64,000 nt of DNA from a virus (lineage: Duplodnaviria > Heunggongvirae > Uroviricota > Caudoviricetes): positions 1 through 64,000 of the IMG/VR virus record IMGVR_UViG_3300020577_007233; one strand, written 5' to 3'. Every line of letters begins with the position of its first letter. Within the stretch, counting starts at the first letter, position 1. This document shows positions 45,738 to 55,537 of this stretch, piece after piece. Below the pieces are notes generated by a model that searched no databases, had not been told where the DNA came from, and saw only the letters and a program-made list of their open reading frames with translations. The position numbers were made by a program, and so were the translations under genes.

Positions 45738-48725
45738 TTAATTGCTCAAATCAAGATTGATAGCATCTTTTTTCAGGTTTGACTCTGATGCTTCTTCTAT
45801 TGTGTTTGCAAACTTACATCTACCCTTTGCCCACTCTCTCATTTGTTCAAATTCTTTGTCTCTCGTTTTTGACAAAGGAGAAATAGTAGAACAGGATTTG
45901 AGTATGTCTTTGGAAGTTATCTTTCTTTTGCCGTCGCAAAAACACTCAAACATTGAATCTTCAATGGCTTTTTCAATTTCAGCACCGCTAAAGCCTTTTG
46001 TATGAGAAGCAAGGGCGTCAAGATTGAACTCAGAAGAATCATGCTTGAATCTCTTAAGCAGAACATCAAAAATCTGTCGTCTACCAGCTTCGCCAGGCAA
46101 ATCAACAAAAAATACTTCATCAAACCTGCCTGCTCGCATAAACTCAGGAGGAATGTCTTGAACATTGTTAGCCGTGCAAATAACGAAAACAGGAGCCGTC
46201 TTTTCTTGAAGCCATGTCAAAAACGTTCCGATGACTCGCTTTGTTGTTCCGCTATCACCAGAACCTGCCCCTACACCACCAGCAAGACCTTTCTCAATTT
46301 CATCTGCCCAAAGTATGCAATTGTGACAGAGAAAACCGTTAGCAAAGAAATTGTTATTGCCTTCGCAGGAAAGATCGTATGCAAACTGCATACCAACAGA
46401 CTCGATTTTCTGTATCTTGACAGAAATAACATCTGACTCAACAAGCTTAGTTATTGGGCAAGATGAATCACTCTTGAACTTCTTCTTCAAGAACATATTC
46501 AACATAGAAGCCGCCCCATGCTGCATCATTACAGCATCTTCTTCAAATCCGCAGATTTGACTGTACTTGCTTTCGGTAACTCCAAAATTAGACTTAAGGT
46601 AAGCCAAAGATTTACCAAATTTATAGCCAACCATATCAATCAAAAGCGGACGATTGAGTTCGATATGATTCATAAAACCTGCCACGCTAGTAACGGAGGT
46701 TTTTGACAAGTATGGCAACTCAGCAAGAAGCGTTCTAATGAATAGCGGGTCAAGAATAATAGCTGTTCTCAAAGACTTAGAAGCGATAATACCATAAACC
46801 AGAAGCGATTTGCGCAATCTATCAAACGAAGCTTCTGTCTGTATTGGAAATGAAACATAAGGCTTACGAGGGGTTTCTTCGTCCCTATCTACAAAACCAA
46901 TTTGGCCGCCAGCATGAAAGAACCCTCCAAGATACGACTGCAAGGCGTCCATATCTTGAGAGCCAAGATCCCGCAAGAAGGCGCTAATAGCCTCGGCAAC
47001 AACCTTGTTCTTCAACCTTACAAAGCTATCGCCTATCTCCGGTTCAGTAAGGAAAGTCTGGCTCATATAGAAAGCAAAGATATGTCTCGTTGATGAGTTG
47101 TTGCTCGAAAAGAGAATATCGCCAGTTTCTGTGTTACAGTTTCCATTGGAATCTATCATTCCAGCTATGGTTGCCACTCCTTCAAGGCTCGTCATGGGTA
47201 CGGAAATATCAGCGCAATGCAAATTACCGCCAACTCTCGAAACCGCCTTCGTCCCCTTTGCGGTAGGGAATAGTTCTTGAATTTGGAAGCTCTTTACATC
47301 TCTCTTGAGATATTTAGGCATAACAAGAGCATCATTAGCGGCAAGCTTACTTGCCTCAACCCAAATTAAGTCGCCATCTCGGTTCACCATCATCTTATGA
47401 TTGCGAGTAACTTCAATAGAACCAGCAGAAGTTGTGATTTTCAGCATGCTCTTCTTTCGGGCATGCTTAATAACGGCCTTGACCTTTGTTTTCTCTATCT
47501 TCCAGGTCTTTTCATTCAAGGCATAGATATACATTGGTTTATCGCCATTGCCTGCGTCAATAAGATCTTTGATCTTAAAACTCTTGCCTTCGTGATCGTA
47601 AACAATGGAATCACCGCTAACGCATGGAGCAATCGTTTCGGACAGCTTAATAGCATGGCGAGCAATCTTTTCGCTTTCTCCAACAAGGGAATTGAACATC
47701 TTGCCAAAGTCAAGCCTAAGCAAAGGCATCTCATACATTGTTGATGCGGCCTTAGCGGTCAAGCTTTTACCACAACCTGGTAATCCAAGCAAAAGTACAC
47801 CCTTTGGCGGCTTAAGACCATAAGATGCAGCGTCCTTTGAAAAGGAAACTCTTCTAATGTTCATCCAACGAGCAAGGTTATCAAGACCTCCAACATCGTT
47901 CATATTTACTTGCGAGTCAACGTATTCAAGAACATCGGTTTTCTTGATGATCTGTTTCTTTTCCTGAAGAATCATTCCGATATCTAAGGGCTTTAGTCCA
48001 AGTTGATTCGCCATAACAATAGACTTGGAATAAGCTTGATTTGCCTCTGTTAACGTAAGACCCTTAACAGCGTTGACAAGCTCTTCTTCTTGTTTGTTGA
48101 TAATCTTCGATATCGTTGGCATACTGGCAATGATTTTATCTGCGCTTGTAAGAGAATGCAAAACGGATTTGATTTCCTGTTCGTTAGGGAACGGGAAGTC
48201 AAGAATTGCAACCTCTTTCTCAAGGGCTGGATTGCCAATGAAACTTGGACCAGTAAAGATCACATGAGAGTTAGAAACAAGCCTATTCAGGTACTTGATT
48301 TGTCTCTCAATCTGAGGGTTACATCTATCTGGACTCAGATAGCGGTAGAAATCACAAAGAATAAAGATAGAGCCATTGCCTTCGATCTTTTTCTTTTCTT
48401 CGTTCTCAAGTTCGTCAATAATGAAAGCGAGTATCTGTTCTGGATATCTCAAATCAAGCGTTGAATTCGTCTGTAAAGGAGCCTTCTTGCCAAGACTACG
48501 AAGAAGCTTGAAGCAATCCCATTCAAAAGCCTGGTAGCCTCGGTCTTTCGAAACGCTATCAAGATATTCCAGCAATCGTTTCTCATCGCTGCTTGAGATA
48601 TAGATTACTTTGGTTCTTGTTCTAAGTAGAGCAATAAGACTGTTGGCAAAATCAACAGTCGCCATTCCAAGATACTTCTTCCTGAAATCCTGACTATCAG
48701 TTGGTAGGCTCGTTTCTTTCGGCAT
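45738..48725 (-). CDS. Ycf46-like AAA+ ATPase containing an intein
   Basis: DVGGLDNL, GLPGCGKS, VGESE, AP|C...N|CILWADEIEK, TANN, PPEFMRAGRFDE. Confidence 0.9.
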   Translation of the reverse strand: MPKETSLPTDSQDFRKKYLGMATVDFANSLIALLRTRTKVIYISSSDEKRLLEYLDSVSKDRGYQAFEWDCFKLLRSLGKKAPLQTNSTLDLRYPEQILAFIIDELENEEKKKIEGNGSIFILCDFYRYLSPDRCNPQIERQIKYLNRLVSNSHVIFTGPSFIGNPALEKEVAILDFPFPNEQEIKSVLHSLTSADKIIASMPTISKIINKQEEELVNAVKGLTLTEANQAYSKSIVMANQLGLKPLDIGMILQEKKQIIKKTDVLEYVDSQVNMNDVGGLDNLARWMNIRRVSFSKDAASYGLKPPKGVLLLGLPGCGKSLTAKAASTMYEMPLLRLDFGKMFNSLVGESEKIARHAIKLSETIAPCVSGDSIVYDHEGKSFKIKDLIDAGNGDKPMYIYALNEKTWKIEKTKVKAVIKHARKKSMLKITTSAGSIEVTRNHKMMVNRDGDLIWVEASKLAANDALVMPKYLKRDVKSFQIQELFPTAKGTKAVSRVGGNLHCADISVPMTSLEGVATIAGMIDSNGNCNTETGDILFSSNNSSTRHIFAFYMSQTFLTEPEIGDSFVRLKNKVVAEAISAFLRDLGSQDMDALQSYLGGFFHAGGQIGFVDRDEETPRKPYVSFPIQTEASFDRLRKSLLVYGIIASKSLRTAIILDPLFIRTLLAELPYLSKTSVTSVAGFMNHIELNRPLLIDMVGYKFGKSLAYLKSNFGVTESKYSQICGFEEDAVMMQHGAASMLNMFLKKKFKSDSSCPITKLVESDVISVKIQKIESVGMQFAYDLSCEGNNNFFANGFLCHNCILWADEIEKGLAGGVGAGSGDSGTTKRVIGTFLTWLQEKTAPVFVICTANNVQDIPPEFMRAGRFDEVFFVDLPGEAGRRQIFDVLLKRFKHDSSEFNLDALASHTKGFSGAEIEKAIEDSMFECFCDGKRKITSKDILKSCSTISPLSKTRDKEFEQMREWAKGRCKFANTIEEASESNLKKDAINLDLSN
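46320..47624 (-). mobile_element. 435-aa intein with degenerate LAGLIDADG domain
   Basis: starts CVSGDS, block B VTRNH, ends YDLSC...NFFANGFLCHN followed by extein Cys. Confidence 0.93.
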
Positions 48726-49227
48726 TAGCAGATTCTCTCAAGGGTTTTAGCACAACGAAAACAACGTTGTCCATAACCTTCAAATCGTCCCATTTGGCAA
48801 TATCAGAGAAGTCTGCCACGCTTTGTTTAAGCAGGTCTTTGGCTGTGTTCATAAACGCCCTTTCCCTGCCTTTTAGTTGTATTCCGAACTTGACTATGCA
48901 CTTCTTTTCAAGCATGCCTCGGATCTTGTTCTTCTTCACTTTGATGTCGTTAGAACCAGTAGTTAGGTGAAACATCATTTCTTTTGTCTCTACAGGTTTA
49001 CTGGTCACTTTTTTTGAAGCTTCAAACTTCATCTTACCAACATCAGCAAACTTACAGATAGGAATACCATTGTTATGCTTAGCGACTTGAACAAGATCGA
49101 GACCCTTTTCTTTTGCCGTAGAAATGGCAAATCTCTTATTAGTCTCACCCTTGTTGACTCCATTTTCGTCAATAAGAATAACAACCGCTCCATAAATCTC
49201 TTCGTTCGCAAAAATTCTAGTGTTCAC
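48697..49227 (-). CDS. infC: translation initiation factor IF-3
   Basis: NEEI, LIDENG..G, GLDLVQV, PICK..D.GK, KEM, D..VK, KGRE; GAGGAG SD before GTG 49227. Confidence 0.88.
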   Translation of the reverse strand: MNTRIFANEEIYGAVVILIDENGVNKGETNKRFAISTAKEKGLDLVQVAKHNNGIPICKFADVGKMKFEASKKVTSKPVETKEMMFHLTTGSNDIKVKKNKIRGMLEKKCIVKFGIQLKGRERAFMNTAKDLLKQSVADFSDIAKWDDLKVMDNVVFVVLKPLRESANAERNEPTN

Positions 49228-49237
49228 TTCATTCTCC

Positions 49238-50149
49238 TCAGATGCGCAGTTGAGCGCTCTCTGAAAAAATAACATCGGTTGCTTTAACCTTTAGAGAATC
49301 CAATACACTCGTAAGCTCTCTCTTACAATAATCAACCGGATAAGGCGAAAATCTCTTTGTAGAAGACACAATTCTATCTACACTTTGTTCGCCCTCTTTC
49401 ATGGTATCTTTTAGTATAGCCATGACAATATTCTTGGCCTCTGTTTCGTTCTTACCTTTCTTTGTCATAAGCCAATTGAAAGCTATGACAACTCCATATG
49501 TCATCATAAAACAAATACGACTTGCGGCAAAGGCGGTATCCATTCCATCAAAAGAAACCTCATCAGGAACTTCCTCTTGAATCAAAACAGCTTTCTTGTA
49601 TTGGCTAAGGAAGTTTTTGACAATTCGTTTTTGCAAAATAGCGTGAACATAAAAGTCGCCATCTTCCTTTTCCATTCTTGTAGACTCATGCGAAAAGAAC
49701 CAGTCAATATAGTCTTTAACCATTAGTGGATTCAGTGGTTTTTCTTTGAAGTCGTTAGCAAATCTATTCTTGAGCGACTTCATCATAGTTACGCCAGCCC
49801 TCAGCGTAAGATCATAAGCAGAGTTCTTGTATTTATTCTGAAAACACTTTTTGAAGTAATAGAAAAAATGAGTTGCATCCCAAACATCAACAGGATCGGT
49901 TAAGTATTCCGACATTCCAGATGCTCTGGTTTTTAGCCAGTTACGAGTGCCTTTCTTCTCGTATTTACTTTTAGTCTTCTTAGTTTTCGTTTCTTCGCCA
50001 TATACTTCCAGTTCGTTTTCTCCAAGTATGTCATACAAAGACGCTTGCGGTCTTTTGTCTTTAGGACCAATACCTCTCAATGCATCTTTCTGACTAGCAG
50101 AGATAACATCAAACATTTCATCAATCTTCATTTTGTTCTTTCTTGGCAT
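49238..50149 (-). CDS. hypothetical protein
   Basis: ~300-aa ORF. Confidence 0.65.
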   Translation of the reverse strand: MPRKNKMKIDEMFDVISASQKDALRGIGPKDKRPQASLYDILGENELEVYGEETKTKKTKSKYEKKGTRNWLKTRASGMSEYLTDPVDVWDATHFFYYFKKCFQNKYKNSAYDLTLRAGVTMMKSLKNRFANDFKEKPLNPLMVKDYIDWFFSHESTRMEKEDGDFYVHAILQKRIVKNFLSQYKKAVLIQEEVPDEVSFDGMDTAFAASRICFMMTYGVVIAFNWLMTKKGKNETEAKNIVMAILKDTMKEGEQSVDRIVSSTKRFSPYPVDYCKRELTSVLDSLKVKATDVIFSESAQLRI

Positions 50150-50150
50150 C

Positions 50151-51260
50151 TTAATGCCCAATCAATAGATATTCAACCCCGGTAACATTCTCAGAAGAAC
50201 GGTATTTATACTCATACTCTATCTCTTTGACAACGGTGTTGGGTTTGTGCTTTTTTACCATGTCTGCTATGACACCAATATCAGCCCAGCTACTGTTATT
50301 GTAGCTGATAACCCATGAAGATTCCTTTGGCAAAGCCTCTAGCAAATTTGCAAATGACTCTTTATATGTTTTGGTTTTTGAAAACTTAGCAGAAGCTTCC
50401 TTAAGATACGCTATGTTTTCAAAACTCTGTCTCGACAGATACTCCTCAAAAAACTTGTACATATAGGCATAATCGCTCTGGTCTCCACCATATGGAGGAT
50501 CTATATAGAACAAATCAATCTTTCCGTTCTTGTTCTTGAGAAAATCGAAAACATCTCCTTGATAGAACGTTGATGATGCCTTTCCAGAATCAAAGTAGAA
50601 AGGCTCCATCTTTGAAAAGTTCATCTCGTTGTTGTTGTTCCTTTGGTGAGCAAGCCTATGCTCAAGGGAAGCAATAACTTGACCGCTATTTAGCCTACCA
50701 CCAACAAAACAGTGAGACATAATGTATTGCATCAGCGTAGACTGAGCAACAGCATATCGTACATAGTTAGCGTCATTAGGAGAGCCAAACAACTCAACGC
50801 AGTTAGCATGGAAGTTATCAATGAACTTCGCTTCTTTCTTTGTTAGGCGAGAGCCTTCATGGTTCTTTTCCATAAAGCCATCACTACTGTTGTTTGCATG
50901 ATTTAGAAGAAGGTTCCAATCGCTTTTGCTAATGGGATACTCATTGCTTCGATGTAACGAAACTCCATTCAAGTACGAAGAACGAAGAAGCTCATTAGAT
51001 ACAACGTTCTTGCCAAGTATCTTGAAAAAGGCTCCAACGACTGCGCTACCAGCAAAAAGATCACAAATAGTTTCAACGTTCTCAAAATCTAGTTCAGCAT
51101 AGATATGCTTACCAATATCTGCAAGCATCTTACGCTTATTACCGACATATGGATTTGAAACATTCATGAAAGATGCTTGAGCGTTTACGGCTTCAACCAG
51201 AAAAAGCTGATCGCCGCTGTCGGCAAACATATCATCATAGTGTTTTCTTTGACGAGCCAT
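50151..51260 (-). CDS. D12-class N6-adenine DNA methyltransferase
   Basis: YVGNKRK, DLFAGS, YIDPPY, SYN. Confidence 0.9.
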   Translation of the reverse strand: MARQRKHYDDMFADSGDQLFLVEAVNAQASFMNVSNPYVGNKRKMLADIGKHIYAELDFENVETICDLFAGSAVVGAFFKILGKNVVSNELLRSSYLNGVSLHRSNEYPISKSDWNLLLNHANNSSDGFMEKNHEGSRLTKKEAKFIDNFHANCVELFGSPNDANYVRYAVAQSTLMQYIMSHCFVGGRLNSGQVIASLEHRLAHQRNNNNEMNFSKMEPFYFDSGKASSTFYQGDVFDFLKNKNGKIDLFYIDPPYGGDQSDYAYMYKFFEEYLSRQSFENIAYLKEASAKFSKTKTYKESFANLLEALPKESSWVISYNNSSWADIGVIADMVKKHKPNTVVKEIEYEYKYRSSENVTGVEYLLIGH

Positions 51261-52802
51261 TTAAGTGCCCTTGAAATCTTTAATCACAAATTCTGGCTCT
51301 GTTTCATAAATACGTCTTCTTGCACGGCTGTGACCTAGCATGTACTTCATATTGTCATGAAAATCAACAATATAGGCATCTTTCTTAATGAATCCAGTTG
51401 ATGTATCTTCGAAAGACCTAATTACTCGTCCTATCCTCTGCAAAGCTCTGGTTTGCGATTTTCCGCTTCCAGCAAGAACAAGACCATCTAGTGGTTTTAC
51501 GTCAACGCCCTCGTCAAAAATACTGGTTGCTATGGTAATAGGAGCTTTCTTGATCCTCATCTGATCGATATGCTTCTGTCGGACTTTTGCTCCATGAGAA
51601 CCATTAAGGAACACGCTGTCTGAAATCATAGACTCCAAAGTATCTCCATGTTCTATGTGTTTTGCAAGAATCAGAACATGCCTTCCTTGCTTAACCATGT
51701 TCTGCGCAATGTTAGCAATCATCAAATTGCGTTCTTCATTCTGAACAATGCCTTCCTTGTAAGCAGTTGCATAAGCTATTTCATCATCACTAAATCGCTT
51801 ACGAGTATGAACAAAATAGATGGTTGGCTTTACCAATATGCCTTTTCTGATCAAGAAAGAAGCATTGATTTCAGCAATCATCTTGCCAAAACAAGCATCA
51901 ATTAATAGATCGTCTCCCATATCTCTCCACGGCGTAGCGGAAAGACCAAAACGGAAACGTGCATTGTAGGAATGATCAGCAATAACCTGACAAGTATTAG
52001 CAGCCCAGTGCTGAACTTCGTCGCATATCATGCCCTTGGCATTATGAACAAGATTAGCTATCACGCCATATCGCTCTTTCATTTCGGCGCTTATTTCTTC
52101 TGGCTCTTCTTCGTCATCGAACTTATGAAACTTTTCACCTAGGGCACGGATTGCTGTTTGAATAGTCATGATGTTAACATCACGAATATCACACTTGCCT
52201 CCGCCGATGACGCCAACTTCCATAGGAGCATTGTTGATGCTCAAGAATCGTTCAAGTTCTGATTTTGCCTGACGCAAGAGGTCTTGCGATGTAACATAGA
52301 AAATGAACGGAGAAACGCCTATCTTGGCTATGATACCAGATCCAATAGCGGTTTTTCCTCCGCCAGTCGCAACCTTGATAATACCTCTTTGGCTTTTTGC
52401 TGCCTTTTCAACAATATCGCTTTGATAATCTCGGAATTCAAGACTCGGTGTTACCCCAATAGCGATCTTGTTAGATTCGAAACTACTTCGTTCGTCAGAA
52501 ACATTTACTGGTACGCAATATGCTCTGAAAAAATCAACTGCTCTACTATAGAGACCTGTTGGAAAATGCACCCCATCCTTCTTGATAGAGCATTTGCACC
52601 ACTTTTCATTGTAACAAACGGCAGTAACATAGCCGTCCCAATCTTTTTGCTTGGTAACTCGCCATGTAGCTTCTGGATCTTTGTATCCAAGAGTCTTCTT
52701 GAACTCTTTATAGATGTCTGATGTCAACCGTCCAATAACGTATGTGGTTGAATCCGTAACCCTTAAAGTTACGGCTGGAAACTTCGTCTCTGTCTCACTC
52801 AT
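51261..52802 (-). CDS. SF2 (UvsW/XPB-like) helicase
   Basis: RDYQ, ATGGGKT, DEVQH, LSATP, EGVD, QRIGR. Confidence 0.92.
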   Translation of the reverse strand: MSETETKFPAVTLRVTDSTTYVIGRLTSDIYKEFKKTLGYKDPEATWRVTKQKDWDGYVTAVCYNEKWCKCSIKKDGVHFPTGLYSRAVDFFRAYCVPVNVSDERSSFESNKIAIGVTPSLEFRDYQSDIVEKAAKSQRGIIKVATGGGKTAIGSGIIAKIGVSPFIFYVTSQDLLRQAKSELERFLSINNAPMEVGVIGGGKCDIRDVNIMTIQTAIRALGEKFHKFDDEEEPEEISAEMKERYGVIANLVHNAKGMICDEVQHWAANTCQVIADHSYNARFRFGLSATPWRDMGDDLLIDACFGKMIAEINASFLIRKGILVKPTIYFVHTRKRFSDDEIAYATAYKEGIVQNEERNLMIANIAQNMVKQGRHVLILAKHIEHGDTLESMISDSVFLNGSHGAKVRQKHIDQMRIKKAPITIATSIFDEGVDVKPLDGLVLAGSGKSQTRALQRIGRVIRSFEDTSTGFIKKDAYIVDFHDNMKYMLGHSRARRRIYETEPEFVIKDFKGT

Positions 52803-52804
52803 AA

Positions 52805-53029
52805 TTACTTCTTTTGAACACTCGGAACATCAATACCTAACTGATATATTCTTTCCGTTGGAACTTTTCTGTTTCTTTTCCATCTTTTCAAGATAGATGC
52901 TTTGTCTCGTCTTACTTCATCAAAGATGCCTGACTGATCTACTTGATCGTCAGATGGCAAAAAAGATGGTTGCCTATTAAGGTCAACATGAGCCATTTTT
53001 TCGAAACTTAGAGAAAGAACTGTCTTCAT
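52805..53029 (-). CDS. hypothetical protein
   Basis: 74-aa ORF in tiling. Confidence 0.55.
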   Translation of the reverse strand: MKTVLSLSFEKMAHVDLNRQPSFLPSDDQVDQSGIFDEVRRDKASILKRWKRNRKVPTERIYQLGIDVPSVQKK

Positions 53030-53250
53030 TTTGACTCTTGCCTTGATGCTATTCTTTCCTCAAGAACCATCTTCATAGCGAATAGTCCCTCTTTGGAACC
53101 TGATATTCTATGAAACGCATCAATAAAATGACCGTTCCTCATCATTGCAGAAGTATTTTCAAGATTAGAAAGATGCCTCTGCACTTTAGTGAGCATGTTT
53201 CTGAGAAAATCCGCTTCGCTTACTTGGTTTAGATCAAGATTGTCAGACAT
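53026..53250 (-). CDS. hypothetical protein
   Basis: 74-aa ORF with AAGGA SD. Confidence 0.6.
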   Translation of the reverse strand: MSDNLDLNQVSEADFLRNMLTKVQRHLSNLENTSAMMRNGHFIDAFHRISGSKEGLFAMKMVLEERIASRQESK

Positions 53251-53262
53251 TGCTACTTCCTT

Positions 53263-54297
53263 TTACCAAATTCTTGTCTTCGACAAGAGCGACTGCATCG
53301 TTTGTCCAGGAGGAGTTGTCAAGTCTTCGCTTTGAACTCTCAACAACATCTCAAATGGAACTTCGGTCAATCCTCTCTTCTTTCTTTCTTCTTCCACTCT
53401 GTCCCATAGGTCTTTGCTGAAGTCTTTGAGATTCTTAGTCGTTGACCAGTCCGCCCCTCTAACAGAATCCATCATCTTTTCTGTCAAGCCAAGAAACCAA
53501 AAGTTACCGGCATAAGGGTTAGCTTGAGCGGTCTTGTATTCTTTCTTACCCAAAGAAAGGGCTGTTTCTTCGAGTTCTTGAGACTGACAAAGAATAGCAA
53601 GAGTTGCAAGAAAATTAGAAACCTCTTCATCAGAAACAAAAGCAACACCCAAGAAGTCGATCAACCTTTCCTTCATGAAGTAATTTGAGAAAAGCTCTCT
53701 AATCACAGCTTCAGCCGAATCTCCCTCCCTAAGCATTAACTTCAACGATTCGACCAAAAGAAATGCTGAACGAACAGAGTCTTTTTCAATGTCAAGATTT
53801 ACAAAAATGTAAGGGTCTTCATCATCTATTGCCAGAGCAACATCAAATTGTTCTGAAGACTTGGCAACAATCTTAGCATTTAATAGCGGAATACTCTTGT
53901 ATGGACAAAATATGTTCTTAAGCAACATCCATACTACATGGAATTGGTCCAATCGCATCGCTATAACATCGTTTTCATCAAACGAAACTGTTCTACCATA
54001 TTGGGTTTTGAAATCCCTCAATAATGACAAAAAGAATGTCATTAACGAATTGCGACACTCAATATTATCAACGTTTCTACCGCATATTGTTCCCAAGGAG
54101 TTTACATAAATCGAATAAATCGACGCCATTGTGTCAAGAAGAGTTCCTCCCTTTTTCAGACAAATACAGCCATCCTTGAAGGAAGGCTCTTCACTGTCAA
54201 AAGTTACAGGAAGATCAACAAAGTCACAGTCTAGCCGTTTGCAGAGAATCTGCAAGGCCTTACACACAATAGCAAAGTCACTTATCTTATGTTCCAT
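53263..54297 (-). CDS. hypothetical protein
   Basis: 344-aa ORF. Confidence 0.65.
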   Translation of the reverse strand: MEHKISDFAIVCKALQILCKRLDCDFVDLPVTFDSEEPSFKDGCICLKKGGTLLDTMASIYSIYVNSLGTICGRNVDNIECRNSLMTFFLSLLRDFKTQYGRTVSFDENDVIAMRLDQFHVVWMLLKNIFCPYKSIPLLNAKIVAKSSEQFDVALAIDDEDPYIFVNLDIEKDSVRSAFLLVESLKLMLREGDSAEAVIRELFSNYFMKERLIDFLGVAFVSDEEVSNFLATLAILCQSQELEETALSLGKKEYKTAQANPYAGNFWFLGLTEKMMDSVRGADWSTTKNLKDFSKDLWDRVEEERKKRGLTEVPFEMLLRVQSEDLTTPPGQTMQSLLSKTRIW

Positions 54298-54331
54298 GCC
54301 TTTGTATTCGCAAACTTTTCAGTAGATCCTT

Positions 54332-55537
54332 TCAGGATCTGTCATGCTTAAGGTTGACATTGTACGTCCATGTAATGCCAATCTTGGGGTGAATGCCAAA
54401 AAGCTTCTGTTCAGGAGAAGTTCCTGGCATATTGTTTGAAAGCGAATAAACGTCTGCTCCCACGAAAGAACCGTTCATGAGAACTCTTCCGTTATGGGTT
54501 GTATACTCAGAACAGTTATGAAAGTGCCCTGTAAGAGTGTAGTTAGGGATTTGCCTAATCATTCCTGTTATCTTCCTTTCGTAATCAAGGAACGAAGTAA
54601 CCGGAGGATTCTTGGCTTTTACATCATCTCCGTGAGTTAGCAAGAAATTATGATTCTGAATGTTCTTCATCATCCACCAAGTAGTATCAACATGGAACTT
54701 GATTCTTGGCTCATTCTTGAACTCTTGCTGAATGTACTTATAGCAGAACAAATCAAAGTTATTGTACTTCTTCTCAGCGCCATTGGGAGCAATCCGACCG
54801 TGGTTTCCGTACAAACCATAAAACTCAACTTCATCAAACAGCGTAAGCATGTAGTAAATGAAGTCTGATATGCTTCTATAGCCAATCATAACTTGATCAA
54901 AAATCGGCGTACCAATCCAAACTTGGGACCAAGCGCCAGCGGTATTAGCTCCATCAACAATATCGCCTAGCGAGAAAATATGTAGCTTTGGAATTCTATA
55001 GAGTTTTGAGTGCAGTTCTTTGATATCCGTTATTGCTGTCTTCAGATTTTCCATCCGCTTATGAAAGATATCAATGTTGTATTCTGACAAGCCACCTGTT
55101 TCTTCCAAAGTATGCTCATGACCTATGTGAAGATCGCTCAGCATCAAACCCATATCTTCGGCGGTACGATTGGTTTTGACGGATGGGGTATAAATAGGAG
55201 GAGGCGCTGGCGAAAGATTCCTAGCTGCCTTAGAAAGCTTGTCAGCAATAATGTCGGCTTGCAGTCGGTATTTGTCAAGAGCCTTGTGAATACTCAGATT
55301 TGAACGATTCAAACCAGCTTGTAGCTTTTCTTCTCTTATTTCCTCTAGCTCTTTACCTTCTGCTTCGTAGAAGTCGAACTGAGTCCAATCAGTATCTCTG
55401 TTGTATTTGTTCTCAAGAGATTTGGGAGTTCGATTTAGCATATCGGACAACACTCTGTACGGAGTACCCTTCATTCTCTCCATGTAAAGGGTCTTCATTT
55501 CTTCGTGAGTCCATTTTCTACCATCAAAATTTGACAT
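54332..55537 (-). CDS. calcineurin-like metallophosphoesterase with N-terminal HTH
   Basis: SDLHIG, LGDIVDG, GNHGR, HGD, GHFH. Confidence 0.88.
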   Translation of the reverse strand: MSNFDGRKWTHEEMKTLYMERMKGTPYRVLSDMLNRTPKSLENKYNRDTDWTQFDFYEAEGKELEEIREEKLQAGLNRSNLSIHKALDKYRLQADIIADKLSKAARNLSPAPPPIYTPSVKTNRTAEDMGLMLSDLHIGHEHTLEETGGLSEYNIDIFHKRMENLKTAITDIKELHSKLYRIPKLHIFSLGDIVDGANTAGAWSQVWIGTPIFDQVMIGYRSISDFIYYMLTLFDEVEFYGLYGNHGRIAPNGAEKKYNNFDLFCYKYIQQEFKNEPRIKFHVDTTWWMMKNIQNHNFLLTHGDDVKAKNPPVTSFLDYERKITGMIRQIPNYTLTGHFHNCSEYTTHNGRVLMNGSFVGADVYSLSNNMPGTSPEQKLFGIHPKIGITWTYNVNLKHDRS

